Assembly: GCA_963677485.1 (NCBI GenBank)
Contig: OY781964.1
Span: 3,808,001 to 3,872,000, forward strand
Direction: 5' to 3'
Source: Armatimonadota bacterium
Lineage (GTDB): Bacteria > Armatimonadota > HRBIN16
DNA length: 64,000 nt
Position 1 is the stretch's first letter; every line of letters starts with the position of its first letter. Positions 1 to 11,419 of the stretch are shown one piece after another. Made by a program: the position numbers and the translations under genes. The notes beneath the pieces were generated by a model that did no database searches, had not been told where the DNA came from, and was given only the letters and a program-made list of their open reading frames with translations.

Positions 1-66
1 GGATGTGAATCATCAAGGTTCGGGATGGCTGCGAGCGGACATTTGGCTCATTTGTGTCGATCCGAT

Positions 67-95
67 TTGACAAGCATACTGAACACTGTTAAACT
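67..95 (+). promoter_or_regulatory. sigma70-type promoter of purA
   Basis: TTGACA(67-72)-17 nt-TAAACT(90-95), preceded by TGn extended -10. Confidence 0.7.
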
Positions 96-213
96 TCCGA
101 TGGAGTAGTGGCGCTGTTGGGCGATAATGGCCCGGCAGCGTTTCGCTGTCACTGAGTGGGATTTCAATCTCCCACCGCTGTAAAAGGAGGACGGCGGCTT
201 AGGCCGCTGTTGA

Positions 214-1536
<1,323 letters not shown>

Positions 1537-1563
1537 CTAGTCGCTTCGGACCTGATATCAAGG

Positions 1564-1591
1564 ACGCCCGTATTGTGACCGATACGGGCGT
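1564..1591 (+). terminator. hairpin after purA, possible terminator
   Basis: ACGCCCGTATT-GTGACC-GATACGGGCGT; weak U-tract. Confidence 0.4.
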
Positions 1592-1642
1592 ACACGGTTT
1601 CAATATGCGGTGGTGATGGCCGTGGTTGGTTGCAATGAATCC

Positions 1643-1706
1643 GTAGGGATGACCCTTGTGGTCATCCGCAATGCTTACGGATGACCACAAGGGTCATCTG
1701 TGTTAC
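1643..1706. repeat. GTAG-type REP doublet
   Basis: GTAGGGATGACCCTTGTGGTCATCCG followed by inverted copy CGGATGACCACAAGGGTCATC. Confidence 0.7.
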
Positions 1707-1789
1707 CGGAGTTGCATATGGCTAGTAGTCGCATGCAGTTACAATCACGGGGAGCTGCCCAAAGCCCCCTTCTATCTGGAGGTACGAAA

Positions 1790-2125
1790 ATGAGTGACGA
1801 AGTCAATAACGAACAAGAAATGCCTACAGAACAGGCAGATGAGCAAGCGCAACGAAGTTACGACCTTCCGCCCATTACCGCCATGTTGACGATGATGGTA
1901 CAAGAGATGGACTTTCGGGCGCAAATAGCCTTAGGATTCATGCCGGCCCCTGGTAAAGAGGTAGTCGTGAACATGGAAGAAGCAAAGGTGGCGATAGACA
2001 CCATAGAGGCACTGGCCAAAGTGGTGAAGCCGATTCTAGAATCGGACAGCGACCGCCGCGAATTTGACCGACATCTGGCTGACCTCAGACTGAACTACGT
2101 GCAGAAGTCCCTGAGCAGCAAGTAA
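1790..2125 (+). CDS. DUF1844-like protein
   Basis: GGAGG RBS before ATG 1790; AQIALG..P / EAKVAIDTIEAL / LADLRLNYV pattern. Confidence 0.75.
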   Translation: MSDEVNNEQEMPTEQADEQAQRSYDLPPITAMLTMMVQEMDFRAQIALGFMPAPGKEVVVNMEEAKVAIDTIEALAKVVKPILESDSDRREFDRHLADLRLNYVQKSLSSK

Positions 2126-2143
2126 TACCGAAACGTATTCGAT

Positions 2144-2168
2144 AGGGCGTCCTGCGGGACGCCCTTTT
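2144..2168 (+). terminator. intrinsic terminator
   Basis: AGGGCGTCC-TGCG-GGACGCCCT followed by T-run. Confidence 0.75.
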
Positions 2169-2187
2169 GACTTTTGGAGGCCGTGCC

Positions 2188-3144
2188 ATGCAGCTACGAA
2201 TGTTTCAGCCCACAGACATCAAGGCATTAGCTCAGTTGTGGGCAGCCGATATGGGCCCTGAGTGGCCGTTGAGCCCGCAAGTTGCCGAACAGCGGGTGTT
2301 TTGCCCCCGGCATTTTGTGTCAGGCGATGCCTGCATCGCCATGGAAGGTGGTTTGCCGGTTGGTGTCTGCGTTATACGCAGTATCCGTGAGCCGCTTTGC
2401 GCAGATGGAATGCAGCCAGATAAGGGCTGTATTCATCTTTTGGTAGGCACAGACCCGGTTGCCAAACAGCAGTTGCTGGATTGGGGCTTGGATGAGCTCA
2501 GTTCACGCGGAGCGAAACACATTAGCTTTGGCACTGACCCATTTCATCTCTTTCCCGGGATCCCTGAAGCTCACACCGATCTGCAGGAACTACTGAAAAC
2601 ACGCAGGTTCAAGATCGAAGGCGCAGCCTGGGACATGCATTGCGACATCCGAAACTACACTCTGCCAGAACGTGTGACGGCAATGCTGGAAGCACGCAAA
2701 GATGTGTCGATTTCGCCCGTCCAGCCCCATGAGCTGGAAGCGATGCTGGAGTTTTTTGACCGCGAATTTGGCGGACGCTGGAAGTACGAGGCGATGTGGC
2801 GTCTGCAGGCCGAGGGCAATGGTGACGGCATCCTGGTGGCACGAGTGGGTGAGCGGATCGAGGGCTTCTGTCAGATATTCAACGCACAGGCCAAAATGGT
2901 CGGTTCGTCTCAGTTGTGGGCCGGTGTTCACCGTGCTTCCTTCGGCGGACTGGGTGCCATTGGCTGCAGCCGCGGTGTGCGTGGGCAGGGCATAGGTCTG
3001 GCTTTACTGTGCCTGGGAGTTGAGATGCTGCGCCAGCAGGGTATAACTGAGATGTGTATAGACTGGACGAATCTGCTGGACTTCTATGGCAAGATTGGAT
3101 TTAAGCCATGGAAGAGATACATACATGCGAGTTACCACGAATAG
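2188..3144 (+). CDS. tandem-domain GNAT family N-acetyltransferase
   Basis: GGAGG RBS; acetyl-CoA motif RGQGIGLAL, IDWT..LDFYGKIGF. Confidence 0.85.
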   Translation: MQLRMFQPTDIKALAQLWAADMGPEWPLSPQVAEQRVFCPRHFVSGDACIAMEGGLPVGVCVIRSIREPLCADGMQPDKGCIHLLVGTDPVAKQQLLDWGLDELSSRGAKHISFGTDPFHLFPGIPEAHTDLQELLKTRRFKIEGAAWDMHCDIRNYTLPERVTAMLEARKDVSISPVQPHELEAMLEFFDREFGGRWKYEAMWRLQAEGNGDGILVARVGERIEGFCQIFNAQAKMVGSSQLWAGVHRASFGGLGAIGCSRGVRGQGIGLALLCLGVEMLRQQGITEMCIDWTNLLDFYGKIGFKPWKRYIHASYHE

Positions 3145-3156
3145 GAGATCATAGAT

Positions 3157-4449
3157 ATGCCATTTAAACCAGATGAGTCGAAACTTCAATTTGATACCCT
3201 TGCCTTGCATGGCGGGCATGTACCCGATAGCGACACACTAAGCCGTGCCGTGCCGCTATATCTGAGCTCGTCTTTTGTATTTGAAGATGCTGACCATGCC
3301 GCGCGGCTGTTTGGACTGGAGCAGGCGGGCAACATCTACACACGGCTGGGCAACCCCACCACGGCTATTTTGGAGAAGCGCCTGGCCTTGCTGGAGGGTG
3401 GAGTCGCGGCATTAGCGACCGCCAGCGGACAGGCCGCGGAGCTGCTGGCGATCACCAACATCGCCCAAGCTGGTGACCATATAGTGGCGGGATCGACGCT
3501 CTACGGCGGCACCTACGCGCTTATGAAGCACACACTGCCTCGTATGGGCATCGAGACCAGCTTTGTGGACCCAGATGATGTGGAGAATTTCCGGCAGGCG
3601 ATCCGGCCAAACACCAAAGCATTGTATGCGGAAACACTGGGCAACCCACTGTTGAATGTGATCGACATCCAAGCCATCGCTGATATCGCTCATGAGGCGG
3701 GTATCCCACTGATCATTGACAACACAATGGCGACCTGTGCTCTTGTCAAACCGTTAGAGCATGGGGCTGACATCGTGGTCTACTCAGCCACAAAATACTT
3801 GGCAGGGCATGGGGCGGTGATCGGTGGTGCGATTATCGACAGTGGAAAGTTTGACTGGAACAACGTGAAATTCCCCGGTTTCACTAAGCCTGACGCCAGT
3901 TATCATGGGCTTGTTTTCGCCGATATGGGTGCGATGGCATTCATCAACAAAGCACGCTTATGCGGCCTGCGCGATCTGGGGGCTTGTATCAGCCCGTTTA
4001 ATGCCTGGGCTATCATGATCGGCGTTGAAACACTCGGACTGCGTATGGAACGGCACAGCAGCAACGCGATGAAGGTGGCTCAATACCTGGAGGCGCACCC
4101 AAATGTGGCCTGGATCAGCTATCCTGGTCTGGCAAGCAGCAGCACGCATGAGATCGCCAAGAGATACTTCAAAGATGGCCAGTATAGCGGCATGATTGGC
4201 TTTGGTATCAAGGGCGGCTTGGAGGCCGGCAAGGCCTTCATCAACAAGCTGAAGTTGATCAGTCTGCTGGCAAACATCGGTGACGCCAAGTCGCTGGTGA
4301 TTCACCCTGCCAGCACCACGCACCAGCAGTTGTCCGCTGAAGAGCAGGTATCTAGCGGAGTGACGCCTGACTTCATCCGGCTCTCTGTCGGGATTGAGGA
4401 TGTGCAGGACATCATAGCGGATTTGGAGCAGGCACTGACCGTAGGGTAG
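3157..4449 (+). CDS. metY: O-acetylhomoserine aminocarboxypropyltransferase (sulfhydrylase)
   Basis: IYTRLGNPT, ASGQAA, PLP lysine in SATKY, LANIGDAKSLVIHPASTTHQQL. Confidence 0.93.
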   Translation: MPFKPDESKLQFDTLALHGGHVPDSDTLSRAVPLYLSSSFVFEDADHAARLFGLEQAGNIYTRLGNPTTAILEKRLALLEGGVAALATASGQAAELLAITNIAQAGDHIVAGSTLYGGTYALMKHTLPRMGIETSFVDPDDVENFRQAIRPNTKALYAETLGNPLLNVIDIQAIADIAHEAGIPLIIDNTMATCALVKPLEHGADIVVYSATKYLAGHGAVIGGAIIDSGKFDWNNVKFPGFTKPDASYHGLVFADMGAMAFINKARLCGLRDLGACISPFNAWAIMIGVETLGLRMERHSSNAMKVAQYLEAHPNVAWISYPGLASSSTHEIAKRYFKDGQYSGMIGFGIKGGLEAGKAFINKLKLISLLANIGDAKSLVIHPASTTHQQLSAEEQVSSGVTPDFIRLSVGIEDVQDIIADLEQALTVG

Positions 4450-4469
4450 AGCGAGTTCCCGATTGGTGA

Positions 4470-4499
4470 GAGGGGCAGGCGCATATGCGTTTGCCCCTC
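4470..4499 (+). terminator. hairpin/terminator after metY
   Basis: GAGGGGCAGGCGCA..TGCGTTTGCCCCTC stem followed by T-rich tract. Confidence 0.6.
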
Positions 4500-4520
4500 G
4501 TCGTTCGTTGCTTTCCAATG

Positions 4521-4582
4521 CCAGGGGGGTCTGTCTGACGGCCTGCAGTAACTACTTGCTACAGACCACCCCGGACTTTGCC
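4521..4582. repeat. partial copy of nested-palindrome element family A (outer arms only)
   Basis: CCAGGGGGGTCTGT...ACAGACCACCCCGGACTTTGCC resembles ends of copies at 23537 and 29271. Confidence 0.6.
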
Positions 4583-4941
4583 GATTTCAGGGAATACACG
4601 GTTACAGTATAGGATTTGATACCAGCTCGGGTGGACATTTGGGATATTTTTGGCGGATTCATGAACGCATGTGAACCGCATAGGTGCTCCAGATAACGTG
4701 GTTTTTCGTTGTGTGGTCATTCAACGTCGATATGTGTAAAATGTAGATTGTGTGCGCCGTGATTCCGCGCAGCCCTCCCCATACGGGAGACGCAGGACGA
4801 AGGAATACACGTCACTCCCCCAGGTGCCTGGTTTGACTGATGGGATGATACCCATTAAGAAGTGCGTAAGCCACCAGACGAGCCTCGGCTGCAGCAATAC
4901 GCTTGCAGGAACCAAATACCTATAAGAGGTTATAGACTAAG

Positions 4942-5319
4942 ATGAACAAGCAAGCGATCATCATGGCACTCGAGAAGGAACAGATGAAGACCGATGTTCC
5001 CTTCTTCCGCCCTGGTGATAACGTCCGCGTCCACGCCAAAGTGGTGGAGGGCAACAAAGAGCGTATTCAGGTTTTCGAGGGTCTCGTTATTGCTCGTAAG
5101 CATGGCGGCTCCCGCGAGACCTTTATGGTTCGCAAGATATCCAATGGCGTCGGTGTAGAGCGTGTCTTCATGGTGCATTCGCCCCGTGTTGACAAAATCG
5201 AAGTACTTCGCCGCGGTAAAGTCCGACGTGCGAAACTTTACTACCTGCGCGCCAAGATTGGTAAGGCTGCCCGAATCAAGGAGCTCCGCACCGCCAAGTG
5301 GGATAAGCTGACTAAGTAA
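4942..5319 (+). CDS. rplS: 50S ribosomal protein L19
   Basis: [38 protein letters not shown]. Confidence 0.98.
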   Translation: MNKQAIIMALEKEQMKTDVPFFRPGDNVRVHAKVVEGNKERIQVFEGLVIARKHGGSRETFMVRKISNGVGVERVFMVHSPRVDKIEVLRRGKVRRAKLYYLRAKIGKAARIKELRTAKWDKLTK

Positions 5320-6056
5320 TGACTGGTGGCTGGGTAGAGACTATAGCGAACCTCAACGTTCGCAGCGTCGTGGTCATCGCATTAGTACTCACCTTATTGC
5401 GTTGGGGGCTGTGCTTCAGCACTAGCCCCTACGCACGATGGGTCGCGGAGCTGTTTGAGTCCGCAGCAATGGCTGTTGTCATCGTGTTTATGGTGATACG
5501 TCCCTTCGCCGTGCAGTCTTTCTACATCCCGTCCGAATCTATGGTGCCCACCCTACAAGTGAATGACCGCATCATGGTTGACAAATTGAGCTACCGCTTA
5601 CGAACCCCGAGTGTTGATGAGATTGTGGTATTCAAAGCACCTAAGGAAGCCGACCCAAATGAGGTTGAGTTCATAAAACGGTGTGTTGGGGTGGCTGGGG
5701 ATATTGTTGAGGTTAAAAAAGGTGTGCTCTACCGTAACGGTAAGCCGATCAAAGAACCTTTTATCGCGCAGCAGCCTGACTATAGTATGAAGATTGTTGA
5801 TGGCAAAATCTATCGTACGGATTCCCGCGCTGCTGGTATCTTCCTTAACTTAATGCCCGTAGGCGATCCCAATGAAGTAAATTATGTCATCGCAGCGAAG
5901 CCTTCTGTTGTGCCGAAAGGTTGCATATTGATGTTGGGCGATAACCGCAACAATAGCAATGATGGCCACATGTGGGGCTTTGTACCGGTTGAAAGGGTAG
6001 TGGGGCGTGCGTGGCTGCTCTACTGGCCTGTGCAGCGGGTGCGTGTCGTTAAGTAA
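5319..6056 (+). CDS. lepB: signal peptidase I
   Basis: N-terminal TMs; catalytic Ser IPSESMVPTL, Lys FIKRC, GDNRNNSNDG; TAATG coupling to rplS. Confidence 0.93.
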   Translation: MTGGWVETIANLNVRSVVVIALVLTLLRWGLCFSTSPYARWVAELFESAAMAVVIVFMVIRPFAVQSFYIPSESMVPTLQVNDRIMVDKLSYRLRTPSVDEIVVFKAPKEADPNEVEFIKRCVGVAGDIVEVKKGVLYRNGKPIKEPFIAQQPDYSMKIVDGKIYRTDSRAAGIFLNLMPVGDPNEVNYVIAAKPSVVPKGCILMLGDNRNNSNDGHMWGFVPVERVVGRAWLLYWPVQRVRVVK

Positions 6057-6642
6057 CTGCTTGATAGGCGGCGTGGATGAGGCGGGGCGAGGATGCCTCG
6101 CCGGCCCCGTCGTGGCAGCCTGTGTGGTTCTGCCCCAGATCGTTGTCCCTCCCTTCATCAAAGATTCCAAAAAACTCTCCGCAGCACAACGCGCCGTCGC
6201 GTGTCAGTGGGTTTTTACAAACGCGCTCTCGGTTGGCATCGGGCTGGCCGATGTGGCGGAGATAGAGCAGATCAATATCCTGCAGGCCGCCATGCTTGCT
6301 ATGAAACGCGCGGTAGAAAAGTGCGATCCCCAGCCTACGGAGCTGCGCATCGATGGTAACACACTTCCCCGCGGCTTGACACTGCCTGCAGTCTGTATTG
6401 TGGGTGGTGACGACCTGGATACCTCCATCAGTGCCGCTTCAATCGTCGCCAAAGTAACTCGAGATCTGCTGATGGTCCGACTGGACAAGATTTATCCTGG
6501 CTATGAGCTGGCGAAACACAAGGGCTATGCCACAAAGCTGCATAGGGAGGCCATCAAGCAGCTGGGGCTCACTGTGATCCACCGCCACAGCTTCTGTGGC
6601 TTCCTGAAGCAACTGGAGCTCGATTTCGATGGCAGCACGTAA
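6043..6642 (+). CDS. rnhB: ribonuclease HII (start uncertain, GTG 6043 chosen)
   Basis: GVDEAGRGCLAGPV, DSKKL, SISAASIVAKVTRD, HKGYAT. Confidence 0.95.
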   Translation: MSLSNCLIGGVDEAGRGCLAGPVVAACVVLPQIVVPPFIKDSKKLSAAQRAVACQWVFTNALSVGIGLADVAEIEQINILQAAMLAMKRAVEKCDPQPTELRIDGNTLPRGLTLPAVCIVGGDDLDTSISAASIVAKVTRDLLMVRLDKIYPGYELAKHKGYATKLHREAIKQLGLTVIHRHSFCGFLKQLELDFDGST

Positions 6643-6973
6643 AGGCACTTGGGCTGAGGAAGCCGCCTGCCGCTACCTGCAGGCAAGGGGACTGGTTATT
6701 CTTCAACGCAACTGGAAGAGCGGCCATTTTGAGGTTGATATCATCGCCCATGACGATGAGTTGATTGTGTTTGTGGAAGTGAAGCAGCGCGAAATGAGCT
6801 TTTTCGGACGGCCCAGTGAAGCGGTCAATATATCCAAACGGCAGCGTCTTGTTTCAGCAGCCGAGCAATACCTTGCGCTTTTCGCGCCAGAAGCAAATGG
6901 GCGGATGGATATTGTTGAAATCTTCGGCACCGAGGGGAACCACCGCATAAACTGGATACCTGAGGCGTTTTAA
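6629..6973 (+). CDS. yraN: YraN family (UPF0102) nuclease-like protein
   Basis: G..AEE.A..YL, EVDIIA, VFVEVKQR; typical position after rnhB. Confidence 0.88.
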   Translation: MAARKGTWAEEAACRYLQARGLVILQRNWKSGHFEVDIIAHDDELIVFVEVKQREMSFFGRPSEAVNISKRQRLVSAAEQYLALFAPEANGRMDIVEIFGTEGNHRINWIPEAF

Positions 6974-7020
6974 TATTAGAGATTGCTGGGGCTTGGCCGT
7001 TCGCATCAAGCGTTGCCAAT

Positions 7021-7135
7021 GTCCGCGCCGGTCGGGTGGTTAGCCCCTCAGGTTTGGTATCGCGAACAAGACCGGCGCGGTCTGTAGCTAGTGGTGATCA
7101 CGAGTGTACTGACAGACCGCCCCGGACATAGCCAA
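7021..7135 (-). repeat. nested-palindrome element family A, inverted copy
   Basis: reverse complement matches 29271-29434: GGCTATGTCCGGGGCGGTCTGTCAGTA..AGACCGCGCCGGTCTTGTT..GACCGGCGCGG. Confidence 0.8.
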
Positions 7136-7167
7136 CACTATACTCTCAAAACCAAGGCTCGCCTGCG

Positions 7168-8106
7168 TTACTCTCCCGAGGTCTGCTCGCGGTCGACCAC
7201 AGCCTGAAGGGCGGTCAGCGCCACTTCGATCTGGTCTTCGCTGGGTTCGCGGGTGGTGATGAGCTGGCTGGCTAATCCAGGCGCGACCATAATCCGTGCC
7301 CACAAGTGCTGTCGGTATCGACCGGCTAACTTAATGATCTCGTAGCTGATCCCTGCCACGACAGGCATCAACGCTAAGTGGTACAGGATTCGCAGCGGTA
7401 ATATCGGACGCCCTAAGAACGAGAAGACCACAACGCTGACCATCAGCACTACCACGATAAAACTCGTGCCACATCGGGGGTGGATGCGGGTCTGCTTAAG
7501 TGCGTGTTCCATATCCAGCGGTTCTCCGGCTTCCCAGGTGTTGATCGCTTTGTGTTCGGCACCATGGTATTCAAAAACTCGTTTGATTTCCGCCATACGG
7601 CTGATCAGGCCGATGTACAACATAAAGATGATTACCTTGACTATACCGTCCAGCAGATTTAGTATGAGTGACTTCAGCACGGGTGCTTGCTTGATGACAC
7701 CCTTGAGCAGCTCTGTGAGTGACGTCGGTATGACCACAAACAACAACATTCCAAAAACTAGGCCGAGGATCAGTGTGCCGGTGACGGCAATGTCATTGAT
7801 GGCGTTCTTGGGTTTCGATGGCGCTTCCTGCTGCTGCGCCTCTTCCTCCAATTGAATGTTGGCGGAAAACCGCAGTGCTTTGGTGCCGAGTGCCATGGCG
7901 TCGATCAGGGCGAACATGCCTCTCAAAAAGGGCCGCTTCATCCACGAGAGTTTGGATATCCACGAAAGGTTGAGATCCTCCGTGTCGAGTGCGATGCTGC
8001 CATCTGGCTTTCGGCAGGCGACCGCAAACACATGAAGACCGCGCATCATCACGCCCTCTATAATCGCCTGACCGCCATACGGTGGACGGTTGTTTTGCTC
8101 TGACAT
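7168..8106 (-). CDS. DUF1385 membrane protein (YqhQ-like)
   Basis: GGQAIIEGVMMRG, YHGAEHK, HPRCGTSF, TTREPS; follows rpmE. Confidence 0.9.
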   Translation of the reverse strand: MSEQNNRPPYGGQAIIEGVMMRGLHVFAVACRKPDGSIALDTEDLNLSWISKLSWMKRPFLRGMFALIDAMALGTKALRFSANIQLEEEAQQQEAPSKPKNAINDIAVTGTLILGLVFGMLLFVVIPTSLTELLKGVIKQAPVLKSLILNLLDGIVKVIIFMLYIGLISRMAEIKRVFEYHGAEHKAINTWEAGEPLDMEHALKQTRIHPRCGTSFIVVVLMVSVVVFSFLGRPILPLRILYHLALMPVVAGISYEIIKLAGRYRQHLWARIMVAPGLASQLITTREPSEDQIEVALTALQAVVDREQTSGE

Positions 8107-8128
8107 ACGGTACCTCCATGTGGAATCT

Positions 8129-8168
8129 AAAAACAGAAATGGGCGAGAGCGTATACGCTCCCGCCCAT
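8129..8168 (-). terminator. intrinsic terminator after rpmE
   Basis: ATGGGCGGGAGCG-TATA-CGCTCTCGCCCAT then TTCTGTTTTT on minus strand. Confidence 0.7.
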
Positions 8169-8194
8169 AAACTCTTGTGGCTGGGTAGAAGAGA

Positions 8195-8404
8195 CTACTT
8201 GTCCTGCTTCATACCGTAGCGCTTCATGAACTTTTCGACGCGTCCTGCGGTGTCCATCAGTTTGGACTTGCCGGTGAAGAACGGATGGCAATTGGCGCAG
8301 ATTTCAACGCGGATCTCAGGGGTCAAGCTGTGCGTCTGGAATGTGTTGCCACATGCGCAGGAAACTTGACAAATAATATATTCTGGGTGAATACCGGCCT
8401 TCAT
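8195..8404 (-). CDS. rpmE: 50S ribosomal protein L31 (Zn-binding type)
   Basis: [29 protein letters not shown]. Confidence 0.97.
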   Translation of the reverse strand: MKAGIHPEYIICQVSCACGNTFQTHSLTPEIRVEICANCHPFFTGKSKLMDTAGRVEKFMKRYGMKQDK

Positions 8405-8474
8405 AGTCTATCTCCTATACCTGGTACGTACACTCATGCGGCGCACGCATTGAGTATTATACCATGTTTCTAGT

Positions 8475-11159
8475 TCACGCGTTATTTGTAGTCAGCTTGT
8501 TGATGACCATCTGCAGAATGCCTCCACTGCGGAAGTAGTCCACCTCAGCCGGGGTGTCTATGCGCACCAGCACGTTGAATGTCTTGACTGAGCCGTCGGT
8601 CTGCTTAGCCTTCATGGCAAGTTGGATTTTGGGTGCCAGCTGGCTGAGACCACAGATGCTGTAGCTCTCTGTGCCTGTTAGTCCCAAGCTTTCCCGATTC
8701 TGTCCAGCAAGGAACTGCACCGGAAGGATGCCCATACCGATCAGGTTGCTGCGGTGGATGCGCTCGAAGCTCTCCGCCAGTGCGAGTTTCATACCAAGAA
8801 GGAACGGGCCTTTCGCGGCCCAGTCTCGGGAGCTGCCCGTGCCATATTCCTTACCGGCAATCACCATCAGCGGTGTACCGGCCTGCTGGTAGGCCATCGC
8901 GACATCAAAGATGGGGGCTTGCGAGCCATCTGGCATCATCGAGTAACCGCCCTCCACACCGTCAAGCAGTTGGTTCTTGATGCGGATGTTGGCAAAGGTG
9001 CCCCTCATCATCACGTTGTGATTGCCTCGGCGGGAACCGTAGCTGTTGAAGTTTGCTGGTATCACGCCTAAGCTCTGGAGGTAGACCCCGGCAGGGGTGC
9101 TGGCGGCGAAGGATCCGGCGGGCGAGATGTGGTCGGTGGTGATGCTGTCACCAAATACCGCAAGCGGTCTCAGGTTGTTGATGGAGTCTTGCGTGTTACC
9201 TTCGGCATTCAGGAAATAGGGTGGTTCCTGTATGTAAGTGCTGCTTGAGTCCCACTGGTATACATCACCAGTGGGGGCCTGCAGCGCCTGCCAGAACTCG
9301 TCACCAAGGAACACCTTGGCATATTCATCTTCAAAGAGTTCGCGACGCACACTCGACGCGCAGGCATCGCTGATCTCCTTCTGGCTGGGCCAGATGTCTT
9401 TCAGGTAGAAGGCCTGGCCGTCACTGCCCATCCCAATGGGCTCTGTCAGCAAGTCAACCGTTACATTTCCGGCCAAAGCATAGGCAACCACCAGCAGAGG
9501 GCTTGCCAGGTAGTTGGCGCGGGTGTGCGGGCTGACGCGGCCTTCGAAATTGCGGTTGCCGCTGAGCACACTGGCGGCTACGATGCCTTTCGCTTTGATC
9601 GCATCCACAATCTCAGCGGCAAGCGGGCCGCTGTTGCCGATGCAGGTGGCGCAGCCGTAGCCCACCACATTGAAGCCAAGAGCATCCAGAGCTGGCATCA
9701 CACCGGCCGCTTTCAGATACTCGGTGACCGCGCGTGATCCTGGCGTGAGGCTGGTCTTGACCCATGGTTTGGTCTTCAAGCCCAGCGCCAGAGCCTTCTG
9801 AGCCAGCAAACCTGCTCCCACTAGCCCGCTGGGGTTACTGGTGTTGGTGCAACTGGTGATGGCTGCGATGACCACATCACCATGACGCATTTTGTATCCC
9901 TGGCCGGCGACCTCAGATATATCGGCAAGGTGCTCTTCTGCCAGCTCAAAACCGCGCTCTTTGACAGGGGCCGTGAGGGCCTTCTCAAATTCGATCTTCA
10001 TACCGGCGAGTTCCACACGGTCTTGCGGGCGTTTTGGCCCAGCGAGGCTGGGTTTGACGCTGCTGAGGTCGAGCTCTGCCACCTGAGTGTATACGGGCTC
10101 GGGCGAATCAGCGGTGACAAACAAACCCTGGGCACGGAAATAGGCTTCCGCGATCTGACAGGTCTGTTCAGGCCGTCCGGTCTGCCGCATATAGCTGATG
10201 GTCTGCTCATCGACCGGGAAATAGCCCATGGTGGCACCATATTCGGGGGCCATATTGGCGATGGTGGCGCGGTCTGCCAGGCTGAGTGAGCTCAATCCAG
10301 AACCAAAGAACTCTACGAATTTCCCAACTACATTGAGCTTGCGCAGCATCTCCACGATGGTGAGCACCAGGTCGGTAGCGGTGGTGCCTTCGGTCAGCGA
10401 ACCAGTCAACCGAACTCCCACCACATCAGGGCAGGGCATCACATAATGCTGGCCCAGCATCACCGCTTCGGCTTCGATGCCGCCCACACCCCAGCCCATC
10501 ACGCCCAGGCCGTTGATCATAGTGGTATGGCTGTCTGTGCCGATGCAGGTGTCCGGGTAGAGCATATGCTGGCCATTTGTGACCGTATCATGCACCAGTG
10601 GGCTCAGGAATTCGAGGTTGACCTGGTGGCAGATGCCCATACCTGGCGGTACGATGCGCACATTCTGAAAGGCGGTTTGCGCCCACTTCAGGAAGCGGTA
10701 ACGCTCGGAGTTCCGCTCATACTCTTTGGAGACATTGGCGGTGTAGGCCTCATTCGATCCAAATTCGTCTACCTGCAGCGAATGGTCAATGACCAGGTCC
10801 ACAGGCACCAGCGGATTTATCTTCAGAGGGTCGTCACCGCGGCGGGCCACCTCACTCCGCATCGCGGCCAGGTCTACCATGGCCGGCACACCGGTGAAGT
10901 CCTGCATCAGCACTCTGGCGGGCATGAAGGGGATTTCATCGGGGGCATTTGGAGTCCCCCAGGCTGCTAATTGCGTCACAGCATCAGATGAGATGGTGCC
11001 GAGGTACTCACTGCGGAGCAGATTCTCCAACAATACCCGTATAGAATACGGCAGGTTGGTCACATATGGGTTATTTAAAGCCAGTTGTGGCAGGCTGAGA
11101 TACGCATATTGATTTCCATTAATATTCAGTAAATCAAGAAACTCGTTTGATTTATTCAT
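8475..11159 (-). CDS. acnA: aconitate hydratase AcnA
   Basis: QDFTGVPA, DLVIDHS, GTDSHT, AAITSCTNTSNP, GCATCIGNSG, GSSRDWAAKG. Confidence 0.97.
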   Translation of the reverse strand: MNKSNEFLDLLNINGNQYAYLSLPQLALNNPYVTNLPYSIRVLLENLLRSEYLGTISSDAVTQLAAWGTPNAPDEIPFMPARVLMQDFTGVPAMVDLAAMRSEVARRGDDPLKINPLVPVDLVIDHSLQVDEFGSNEAYTANVSKEYERNSERYRFLKWAQTAFQNVRIVPPGMGICHQVNLEFLSPLVHDTVTNGQHMLYPDTCIGTDSHTTMINGLGVMGWGVGGIEAEAVMLGQHYVMPCPDVVGVRLTGSLTEGTTATDLVLTIVEMLRKLNVVGKFVEFFGSGLSSLSLADRATIANMAPEYGATMGYFPVDEQTISYMRQTGRPEQTCQIAEAYFRAQGLFVTADSPEPVYTQVAELDLSSVKPSLAGPKRPQDRVELAGMKIEFEKALTAPVKERGFELAEEHLADISEVAGQGYKMRHGDVVIAAITSCTNTSNPSGLVGAGLLAQKALALGLKTKPWVKTSLTPGSRAVTEYLKAAGVMPALDALGFNVVGYGCATCIGNSGPLAAEIVDAIKAKGIVAASVLSGNRNFEGRVSPHTRANYLASPLLVVAYALAGNVTVDLLTEPIGMGSDGQAFYLKDIWPSQKEISDACASSVRRELFEDEYAKVFLGDEFWQALQAPTGDVYQWDSSSTYIQEPPYFLNAEGNTQDSINNLRPLAVFGDSITTDHISPAGSFAASTPAGVYLQSLGVIPANFNSYGSRRGNHNVMMRGTFANIRIKNQLLDGVEGGYSMMPDGSQAPIFDVAMAYQQAGTPLMVIAGKEYGTGSSRDWAAKGPFLLGMKLALAESFERIHRSNLIGMGILPVQFLAGQNRESLGLTGTESYSICGLSQLAPKIQLAMKAKQTDGSVKTFNVLVRIDTPAEVDYFRSGGILQMVINKLTTNNA

Positions 11160-11419
11160 AGACGGCCTCCGATGATATATCAGTTTCGGTGCGATTTCAT
11201 TTTACCGGTGCGCCCGATGAGTGTCAAACGCCGTTAAAACCATTGATATTTGTGGAAATGCCCAAAAACACCCGCAAAATTACCAGAATATGGCTGATAT
11301 CGCGGTTTAGGGTAGAATATGTACACAATAAGATATTTGCCAGGTTGGAATGACACCCTTGATGGTGGAAGGTGAACACTTGGCCGCCAAGCAAGGGTTT
11401 CTTACATCCAAGGAGATGA

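Noticed and set aside
4783-4826. Glycine riboswitch-like words (GGGAGA..CGAAGGA..CAGG)
   Set aside because: CUCUCAGG core and P1 are not convincingly present, and the downstream gene is rplS
4836-4865. Hammerhead-like CUGAUG..GAA
   Set aside because: Core requires CUGANGA and GAAA; the sequence has CUGAUGG and AGAAG
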